Shown here: one piece after another, positions 56,627-64,000 of the stretch
Position numbering within the stretch: position 1 is the first letter of the stretch
Layout: the number at the start of each line of letters is the position of its first letter
DNA from: a virus
Lineage: Duplodnaviria > Caudoviricetes
Virus record (IMG/VR): IMGVR_UViG_3300005365_000003
Coordinates: 1-64,000 of that record
Strand: one strand, 5' to 3'
Length of the DNA: 64,000 nt
Program-made: the position numbers and the translations under genes
Notes under the pieces: generated by a model
What the model saw: only the letters and a program-made list of their open reading frames with translations
Database searches by the model: none
Told to the model about the DNA's origin: nothing

Positions 56627-58015
56627 ATGGCAACAGACGCATCAAATATCAGTTCGGGTCAGGGATTAGGCGAAGCTCAAGTATTTAAGCCATACAGGTC
56701 TGACTATGGAGATGAGGTTGCTAAAATTGGCCACGCTAAACGTGCTGAAGAAAACAAACGCCAAGAAGAGGTGTTTGGTGATTTGAGTAAAGTAAAAACC
56801 GATGGTATATTCTTCAAGCATAAGCCTGTATTTGCTCAGAAACAAGCCGAATTATATGATTATGTTAAAAAGAATGTTGATAAGTTGCGCAAGGGTGACG
56901 CTCAAGCTACTATAGAATTTCATGATAGATTAAATCAGCTAGGAACAGATATTGGCCTTTCTAAGAATGTGGCTGAAAGTTATACTACTGCCGGTAAGGA
57001 CTATATGGCTAATCCGGATAAATACAGACCAGAAGTTCTTGACAAATTACATGAATTTGAAGGGTATAATAAAGAAACAGGTCAATTTGAGAATGTAGAT
57101 CCTTCGGTGATGCAACAACATACTGATTTAGCTAAAAATTTCAATCAGGCTATCCTTCCTAATTTAAAGGAATCAATACAAGAAGGCAGGAAGGTATTCG
57201 ACATGGGTGATGGACGAATCAGCACCGATGAGTTTAAAAAGCTTCCAGAAACGATTGTACGCAATAAAATAGATGCCTGGGTGTCTGATCCTGTTATTCA
57301 TGAGCAGGCGTATTATGATTATAAAAAAGCCAATCCGGATACAGAGCCTACTATAGATGACCTGAAGGAAGATTTATATCAAAAATACGGCGCTTCTCTT
57401 GTTAAAGATGAGCATAAAAAAGGACTTACTGCTGGATGGAAACCTGATTCAGGAGAATCAAAAGGAAACTACTCTGTTGAGCCTATTGTAAAAACAGTAA
57501 ATCTTAACGATCCTATTATTGATCCAAAGACTAAAGAGCCAGTTCTTGATGAGGAAGGCAATCCAACTTATCAACAAGCTGAAACTCCAGTTAAATCCTG
57601 GGAATTAAAACAAAACATTCCGATAGAAAAAGAAATATCTGCTGTTTACAATCCAGGAACATTCCAAAAAGAGAAGAACATTGGAAGTCAAAAATTCAAT
57701 ATGTCTAGTATTGTTGAGCATGTTGTTAATAAGAAAACAGGTCAACCAGTTCCTTCGTATGATGAAGCTGTAATAAATAAACATCCTGAGATATACGAGA
57801 AGAAGAAGTTTGCTAGCGGAATTATGGGTACAGGGAAAGAGGCTCGTCCGGTATATGTTCCCCTGGAAGTAGTACAACCTACCTTAAATCAAAGAAAAAT
57901 AAAACTTCAAGGAATAGATTCTGAATCTTCAAATAAAAATATAATTACTTCTAAGTCAAAAAGTGGAAAGGATATTTTTTCAGAAGATGGAGGTAAGACA
58001 TGGCAATATAAATAA
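56627..58015 (+). CDS. Internal virion/ejection protein
   Basis: Charged helical protein in ejection cluster. Confidence 0.55.
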   Translation: MATDASNISSGQGLGEAQVFKPYRSDYGDEVAKIGHAKRAEENKRQEEVFGDLSKVKTDGIFFKHKPVFAQKQAELYDYVKKNVDKLRKGDAQATIEFHDRLNQLGTDIGLSKNVAESYTTAGKDYMANPDKYRPEVLDKLHEFEGYNKETGQFENVDPSVMQQHTDLAKNFNQAILPNLKESIQEGRKVFDMGDGRISTDEFKKLPETIVRNKIDAWVSDPVIHEQAYYDYKKANPDTEPTIDDLKEDLYQKYGASLVKDEHKKGLTAGWKPDSGESKGNYSVEPIVKTVNLNDPIIDPKTKEPVLDEEGNPTYQQAETPVKSWELKQNIPIEKEISAVYNPGTFQKEKNIGSQKFNMSSIVEHVVNKKTGQPVPSYDEAVINKHPEIYEKKKFASGIMGTGKEARPVYVPLEVVQPTLNQRKIKLQGIDSESSNKNIITSKSKSGKDIFSEDGGKTWQYK

Positions 58016-61000
58016 TGGGAAACGGAACTAAAATAGTGCCCAAAGATGATCTTCCTGAATCAATTAATGTGGTTCCTGAGAATGATTTGCCTGTTTCATT
58101 AAAAAAAAAAGATTCTTCCGAACCATCCGAGACTTCATTAACCGCGTCGCCAATACCCTCCGCCGAAACCGTGCCAACAACAAGTGGTGGTGGGAATGAT
58201 GCGCAACCTTATAGTTATTCTTTTGACGAAATAAAAACTCCTGGAGAGGCTATCCTTCCAACTGCATCTACTTATGGTACGTCTACAGAAGGTAGGCCAC
58301 ATGTAGAGTTGCCAAAAACAGTTTCAGAAGTTAAGAAGGCTGGAGAGAAGCCTACGTTTAAAAACTATTTAGCAAGTGCCGGTAAAGCTTCTGGAGATTA
58401 TATTGGCAAACACTTACAGCAGACATTGCAAGGAACCGAAGAACTTGCTAAAGGAGCTAAACATGGTGGATTAGAAGGGGCGTTGGATGTTATAAAGGGA
58501 GGAGCTAATACAGCTTTTGGCGCGCTATCTTTCACTCCAATAGGTGCAGCCTTTAATGTTGTCACGGAAACGTTGGTTCCTGAAAGTGTAAATAAATGGT
58601 TGTTTTCCCCAGCCTCTTCTGTTGCCGAACTAGCCGGATATAAACCCAAAGAAGGACTAGAAAAAAAGGCTATTGAGACGGCTGATATTGTGCTATCGCT
58701 ACTAGCTATGCATCAAGCAGGGAGAGGAGTAAAAAAAGTAATAGGTGAGGGCGATTTGACTGTTCCGGCAGAAGATATTAATAAAGCTGCTTCAGATGCA
58801 CTCAAATCAAAGATTGAGAATAAGGAGTTATTGAATGTAGATGAAGCAAAACAAGTAACCGAAATTGTCAGCTCTGCTACTTCTGCCGATTTAAAGAAAG
58901 CTCTTGATGACAATACCGATAAACTTCATCCTGAGCATCATTTTGAGGACAAGGTAGTTAATATTATTGAAAAGGTTAAGGAAGATAAAAATATTGTCAA
59001 AGACATTGCGAAACTTGAAGGAGTAGATAAGTCTACTTTTGAAAATGTAATTAATACTGCAAAGCAAGCAGAACACATAACTGAGGCTGAAGCTAAGGAC
59101 TTGGTAAAATCATTTGAAAATGTCGAATCTGCTAAGGAATTAATCCCAGAAGAGCATAAGAATAATGCTAAGGTTGTTAGTCTTATGGTTGATAAGAATG
59201 AACTTCTTAATGCTAAGAAAAGCACCGATAAAGTATTTCACGAACCTATTGATAAACAAATAGAAGTGATTGATGGGAAGATAAAAAGTGCCTTGGGAAT
59301 GCCAAAAGAGGAAAAAGTGGTTGCCAAAGAGGAAAGGACAGTAGAAAAACCAGCGCCGAAAGAATCTTCTCCTATAGAAACCAAGCCTTCGCCAGAGGAT
59401 ATTGCAAAGCGAGAAGAATTTGTAACAGAACACATATCCGACCTTGAAAATTCAGGTGAAATGAGTAAGGATATTTCAAAGGAACAATATTCCAATTACT
59501 TTCGTAACCTTTATGACAGGAAACTCGTAAACAAAACTTCCAAAAAAACATCAGAAAATGAGTCAATTACCGGAACTGCCGATACAAGAACAGAAGCGCC
59601 TATTGAACCGAATGATACAAAAATCACAAGATCAGAAGGACAAGGAGTTTTGGCAGAAAGCGCTCCAGGAAGCGGAGGCGGAGGAACAGGCATTGCTTCA
59701 AAAGAATCCGCTGCCGCCATCTCAGAACCAGCAAGGGTAAAGGTTACGCATGAGGCTATAGAGGAGCGGCGTAAAGAAGCTGGACTTCCTCCTATAGAAA
59801 AACTTCCAACTGATATTAAGAAAGACTTTACTGAGGCTGCTGATGAGTTTAAGGACACTCACAAAGATTTAGCACAAAAAATAGCTACAAGTGATAAGAC
59901 TCTAAGTAGCAGGAAGGATACGTATGTTCTTGGCCTTGGTAGGGTAAAGATGTTAAAAGAAGCTAAAGAGATAAGAGAGAAAATAAAAGAAGCTGCTGAC
60001 TCAAGTGATATTGCAAAAGTAGATGAACTGAAAGTGGACTTAAAGACTGTAGAAGACAATCTTGATGTTAACGAAACTGCTATAAAACACGCTTCCTCTG
60101 AAACTGGTAAGGCCCTCCAATCATTCCAAACTGCTTTTGCTGAGGATTTGTCATTAGAGAATACTTTACTAAAGGCGCGCAGTATAGCAAAAGAAGGAAA
60201 GATTACCGATGAGCAAGTACAAAAGTTTACCGAAATATCTACCAGGCTGGAAGAAGCGCAGAAGAAGCTATCTGAGCATGAAGATAAGATAGCTAAGATG
60301 GAATCTCAAAAAGCTATTGACGATTTAGCTGCTGAGGAGAAATTAAAGAAGGGAATAGAGGAAGGCGTGGCGAAGAAGAAGTTTACTATAAAAGCTAAGG
60401 CTGTAGCAGATGAGTTCAGAAAACTAAAAACTAAACCGCCAACTTTTACTGATGCCAATGGTAATCCTATCCAAGTATTTACTGCTGGTATAACCTGGAA
60501 TGATATTATTGAAGTAGGGGCTAAGGCTATTGAGAAAACAGGAGAGATTGCAGACGGAGTGAAGGCTATGGTGGACCATGTTAAAGAACAGGATTGGTAT
60601 ACAAAACTTTCAGATAAAGACAAGCAAGCTTTCGAAGGACAATTGAAGGGTCATTTTGAGGCAGTGCAACCAAAAGAAGAAGGTGGTCGGTCTGGTATTG
60701 CTGGTGCTGTTAAAGAACTTATACGTCAAGGTGTTACCACCGAATCAGAGATTGTTTCTAGGCTAAAAGAAGACAATCCGCATATGACTGACAGACAAAT
60801 CCGTGATGAAATTTCTGGATATGGCAGATCAACAAAGCTTAATCAAGATCCTGTTGAAATAAAATACCGTGAAGTAAAAAGAGTGGCTGGACTTATTTCT
60901 AAACTTGAAGATGTAGAATCCGGAAAGCCTCCTATAAAGAAAATAACCGGGCAATCTGAGCGTACGCAGGAAGAAATTGATCTACGTAATCAGATCAATG

Positions 61001-62439
61001 AGGGCATGCAAAAACTTACCGGAGAAAAAGAGAAAAAAATTGTTACTGATGAGCAGAGATGGAAAACTAATCTTGAGCGATATAAAAGAAGGCTTTCAAA
61101 TGAACTCGTATCGCTTGAGAAAAAACGAGAGGTTAGGGATTATGAGGTAAAAAAACGCGTTATTACTCCGCTTGATAAGGAAGGAGAAGAGTTGAAGATG
61201 AAAGTGAACAAAGAGAAGGTGTTGAGACAAATGGAGTTAACAAAAATCGAACTAGAGAATAGGTCAAAGCTTCAGAAAGTTTATGATGGCGCAGTTGAAG
61301 TGGCAAATCTTCCCAGAACACTTATGAGTTCTATGGATTTTTCAGCTCCTCTCAGGCAAGGATTAGTTGCCACTGTTTCACATCCAAAACTGGCTGCTAA
61401 AGCAGGAGTAGAAATGTTTAAGCAAGCTTTTTCTCAAAAGCGATTTGACAAGTGGTTTCATGATGTAAAAGAGGACCCTCGTTATACTGAAGCAAAAAAA
61501 TCTGGCCTTCACATTGCCGATCCGCACGATCCAAGACTTACGGTAAAGGAGGAAGCTTTTATGAATAATTTAGCTCAAAAAATTCCCGTTATTGGAAATT
61601 TAATAAAAGGATCCGAAAGGGCGTATGTAGGATATTTGAATAAAATGAGGTGGGATGTTTATAATCAATTGTCGGAACAGTTATTTGTTAACGGAGAGAA
61701 TTACATAAGTCATCCAAAGCTATACAAGGGGCTAGCTGATTATGTGAACAATTCAACAGGACGTGGCAAAATAGGATCCCTGGAAACTGCTGCTCCCGTA
61801 TTAAATTCAATATTATTTTCTCCTAGGCTTATTGCATCAAGATTAAACGCTCTCAATCCTGTTTATTATGCAAAACTACCAAAGCCAGTAAGGGTTCAGG
61901 CATTAAAAGACATGGGCAAATTATTGCTTGCCGGCGGAACTGTGATGGCGCTTGCTAAGCTAAATGGGGCAAACGTAGAATCAGATCCACGTAGTTCTGA
62001 TTTCGGAAAAATACGAGTTGGAAATACCAGGTATGATATATGGGGAGGGCATCAGCAATATATAAGGGTTTTAGCTCAATTGTTGTCTGGGAAAACAAAG
62101 TCCAACGGAAAAATATATGAACTTGGAAGCAAGAAACAGTTTGGAAGGACCAGGGGAGATGTATTGCTATCTTTTGCCAGGGGTAAGCTTGCTCCGGTTC
62201 CATCTATGGCAGTAGATGCACTTGCCGGAAGGACTATAATGGGAGAAGAGGTGACACTTAAAGACGAGGCAATTAATCACTTACTTCCACTTATCTATGG
62301 TGACCTAAGTGAAGCTATGAAGGATCAAGGGGCTAAGGCTTTATTTACAGTAGCTCTTCCTTCTACATTCGGCGTAGGCGTTACAACGTATAGCCCAAAG
62401 AAAAAGATGGCTAAATATAAATTGCAGACATCACAATAA
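58015..62439 (+). CDS. Large internal virion/ejection protein
   Basis: 1474 aa; C-terminal DPRSSDFGKIRVGNTRYDIWGGHQQY..FARGKLAP. Confidence 0.65.
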   Translation: MGNGTKIVPKDDLPESINVVPENDLPVSLKKKDSSEPSETSLTASPIPSAETVPTTSGGGNDAQPYSYSFDEIKTPGEAILPTASTYGTSTEGRPHVELPKTVSEVKKAGEKPTFKNYLASAGKASGDYIGKHLQQTLQGTEELAKGAKHGGLEGALDVIKGGANTAFGALSFTPIGAAFNVVTETLVPESVNKWLFSPASSVAELAGYKPKEGLEKKAIETADIVLSLLAMHQAGRGVKKVIGEGDLTVPAEDINKAASDALKSKIENKELLNVDEAKQVTEIVSSATSADLKKALDDNTDKLHPEHHFEDKVVNIIEKVKEDKNIVKDIAKLEGVDKSTFENVINTAKQAEHITEAEAKDLVKSFENVESAKELIPEEHKNNAKVVSLMVDKNELLNAKKSTDKVFHEPIDKQIEVIDGKIKSALGMPKEEKVVAKEERTVEKPAPKESSPIETKPSPEDIAKREEFVTEHISDLENSGEMSKDISKEQYSNYFRNLYDRKLVNKTSKKTSENESITGTADTRTEAPIEPNDTKITRSEGQGVLAESAPGSGGGGTGIASKESAAAISEPARVKVTHEAIEERRKEAGLPPIEKLPTDIKKDFTEAADEFKDTHKDLAQKIATSDKTLSSRKDTYVLGLGRVKMLKEAKEIREKIKEAADSSDIAKVDELKVDLKTVEDNLDVNETAIKHASSETGKALQSFQTAFAEDLSLENTLLKARSIAKEGKITDEQVQKFTEISTRLEEAQKKLSEHEDKIAKMESQKAIDDLAAEEKLKKGIEEGVAKKKFTIKAKAVADEFRKLKTKPPTFTDANGNPIQVFTAGITWNDIIEVGAKAIEKTGEIADGVKAMVDHVKEQDWYTKLSDKDKQAFEGQLKGHFEAVQPKEEGGRSGIAGAVKELIRQGVTTESEIVSRLKEDNPHMTDRQIRDEISGYGRSTKLNQDPVEIKYREVKRVAGLISKLEDVESGKPPIKKITGQSERTQEEIDLRNQINEGMQKLTGEKEKKIVTDEQRWKTNLERYKRRLSNELVSLEKKREVRDYEVKKRVITPLDKEGEELKMKVNKEKVLRQMELTKIELENRSKLQKVYDGAVEVANLPRTLMSSMDFSAPLRQGLVATVSHPKLAAKAGVEMFKQAFSQKRFDKWFHDVKEDPRYTEAKKSGLHIADPHDPRLTVKEEAFMNNLAQKIPVIGNLIKGSERAYVGYLNKMRWDVYNQLSEQLFVNGENYISHPKLYKGLADYVNNSTGRGKIGSLETAAPVLNSILFSPRLIASRLNALNPVYYAKLPKPVRVQALKDMGKLLLAGGTVMALAKLNGANVESDPRSSDFGKIRVGNTRYDIWGGHQQYIRVLAQLLSGKTKSNGKIYELGSKKQFGRTRGDVLLSFARGKLAPVPSMAVDALAGRTIMGEEVTLKDEAINHLLPLIYGDLSEAMKDQGAKALFTVALPSTFGVGVTTYSPKKKMAKYKLQTSQ

Positions 62440-62474
62440 TAAAAACTAATTTTGTATAACATAAAACACTTCTC

Positions 62475-63122
62475 ATGAGAATCAATAAAAATAAAAACAG
62501 TTCTCCATTAAGAAAAAAGATGGCTAAATACGCTGTTGGCGGAGGAGTTGGAGATGATAAAAAAAAGACAACAGCAGTGAAGCGTTCTGGAACTGGCGAG
62601 GATAAGCCTGGCCTAAAAGCTCTTGAAGGAACTGGCGAATACAATAAACCAACATGGTCCGCATCTGGTAAGCCTTATACTGGTAAAGTGTATCTTGAAG
62701 ACAAAAAGAAAAAATATCCCATAAAAAAACCCACCCCTCCTCCAGTAGAAAGGGCAACGCCAAAATTCAGTGGTAGAAGATCTACAGCTAAGGGGTTGGC
62801 TGATGGTGGTGAAGTAGATGGGGAAGGAACTGAAACATCCGATTCTAATGAGGCGGTTATAAAGAAGGGGTCTTTTATTATTCCTGCTGCTATAAGAAGC
62901 AAGCTTAAAAACATGCTTAATTCAGGAAAGAAAGCTAACATGAATCAATCTGGTGGTATTCAGGTTAAATTAAGTAAAGGAGAGGAAGTGGTAGAGCCAG
63001 GAGAAGCAAAAGAAATAGACTCTGGATTAAAAAAAGGTGGAGTCAAGAAAGGGATAAATATGCTTGCTCCTAAATCAAGAAGAAAGTTTAGTGCTAGGCA
63101 ATTCAGAAAAAACGGCATGTAG
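62475..63122 (+). CDS. Lys-rich protein with ADGG..GTETSDS motif
   Basis: LADGGEVDGEGTETSDSNEAVIKKGSFIIPA; TAATTTTG at 62447-62454. Confidence 0.6.
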   Translation: MRINKNKNSSPLRKKMAKYAVGGGVGDDKKKTTAVKRSGTGEDKPGLKALEGTGEYNKPTWSASGKPYTGKVYLEDKKKKYPIKKPTPPPVERATPKFSGRRSTAKGLADGGEVDGEGTETSDSNEAVIKKGSFIIPAAIRSKLKNMLNSGKKANMNQSGGIQVKLSKGEEVVEPGEAKEIDSGLKKGGVKKGINMLAPKSRRKFSARQFRKNGM

Positions 63123-63181
63123 TTTTATTATAAAAATATGAATCTGAAAAATAATTAATAACTTTACCCAAAATACCGCTC

Positions 63182-63880
63182 ATGGCAAATAGAAAAAATA
63201 CATTCATAGCCGCAATCACCGATAAAAGAACTTTGCCATATAATGTGACCAAACAAGGCACTATAAACACTGTTGGAACGAATGTTCAGGGATCGGACGG
63301 GCTTACATACAATACGCTTGTTGGTGCTATTGGAATTGGAAATTTAGTTACTGGATCCACAAGCAAAGCTCATGGGGTGGTATATGCTGATAGCGGAACA
63401 GTACTTAAATTAAGTGATATTTCTGGAGTTTTTTTAGACACAGAAGTACTTACATTTACAAATACTCTTACTGGAGCAACTACCGCTACTGCTGCCGTTA
63501 ATGGAGTCCCTACATACACCTTATTCATGCAGCAGTGCGTTGTTGGAGATTTTATATACAATGATCCGCAATCCGAAGTTCACAAGATAACTTCTATTTC
63601 AGATAATATGAGTATGCAGATACAAGAAGCATTTGGATCTGATTTAACCGCACAATCATTACTTATAGTGCCGTTTATTCCTCATCCGAAAGAAATATCT
63701 GTTCTTATTCCGGCCGGAAACCCATCAGGTACTATTGATGGAGCTGCGTGGCCTGCTGGAGTAGGATATACTGCTTCAAAAATTAATCAAGGAATGACAT
63801 CAACTGGGATAGGTCAATTTATTGACCCTATAATAGTAAATGCAACAGGAACCACAATGTTAGTAGAAATAAATTATTAA
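63182..63880 (+). CDS. Putative virion structural protein
   Basis: T/G-rich beta protein. Confidence 0.6.
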   Translation: MANRKNTFIAAITDKRTLPYNVTKQGTINTVGTNVQGSDGLTYNTLVGAIGIGNLVTGSTSKAHGVVYADSGTVLKLSDISGVFLDTEVLTFTNTLTGATTATAAVNGVPTYTLFMQQCVVGDFIYNDPQSEVHKITSISDNMSMQIQEAFGSDLTAQSLLIVPFIPHPKEISVLIPAGNPSGTIDGAAWPAGVGYTASKINQGMTSTGIGQFIDPIIVNATGTTMLVEINY

Positions 63881-63884
63881 TAAT

Positions 63885-64000
63885 ATGCCATTAATACCAG
63901 AAGGAGGCGGCGGTGGAGGGGGTGGAAGCGGAACTGTAACATCCGTTTCTGTTACTACAGCAAATGGTGTTTCGGGAAGTGTGGCGACACCTACCACAAC
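63885..64000 (+). CDS. Tail fibre-like protein, 3'-truncated by window end
   Basis: MPLIPEGGGGGGGGSGTVTSVSVTTANGVSGSVATPTT. Confidence 0.55.
   Translation, partial: MPLIPEGGGGGGGGSGTVTSVSVTTANGVSGSVATPTT

Noticed and set aside
58398-60623. Several minus-strand ORFs inside the large ejection gene
   Set aside because: Antisense shadows of a charged, biased coding sequence (S/F/L-rich, no motifs)
30632-64000. Assignment to Crassvirales proper
   Set aside because: Gene order is crAss-like-podovirus style, but no virion RNA polymerase or DNA polymerase is visible; needs TerL/MCP phylogeny

Overview
Part of a tailed dsDNA phage genome, most likely a podovirus-like phage of a Bacteroidota host. 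The host inference rests on many TAnnTTTG promoter elements directly upstream of starts and on Bacteroidota-type families such as DUF3127 SSB. Layout: (i) 1-16.4 kb, + strand recombination/replication/accessory block (DUF6745 repeat protein, ERF annealase, SSB, DNA methyltransferases, GIY-YIG, putative replisome organisers, nucleotidyltransferase + PNK-type phosphatase, nin-like nucleases); (ii) 16.4-30.6 kb, mostly - strand small accessory genes, two more methyltransferases, a divergent promoter/operator region (20.7-21.9 kb) and a ~440 bp non-coding gap (23.5-23.9 kb); (iii) 30.6-64 kb, + strand morphogenesis genes (triple GroES-like protein, terminase, portal, scaffold, major capsid, adaptor/ring proteins, HNH-AP2, tail stabilisation protein, ejection proteins), punctuated by small antisense genes including XRE regulators. 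No integrase, DNA/RNA polymerase, reverse transcriptase, tRNA or CRISPR array was recognised. Most notable: two similarly built structured non-coding loci (7.6-8.06 kb, upstream of an Arg-rich GIY-YIG gene; 36.85-37.26 kb, upstream of portal); an alpha/beta overlapping-frame C5 methyltransferase with an in-frame TAA; a duplicated operator/leader module; and a 17-bp in-frame repeat linking two ejection-region genes. All annotations come from motif recognition by eye; no database searches were run.
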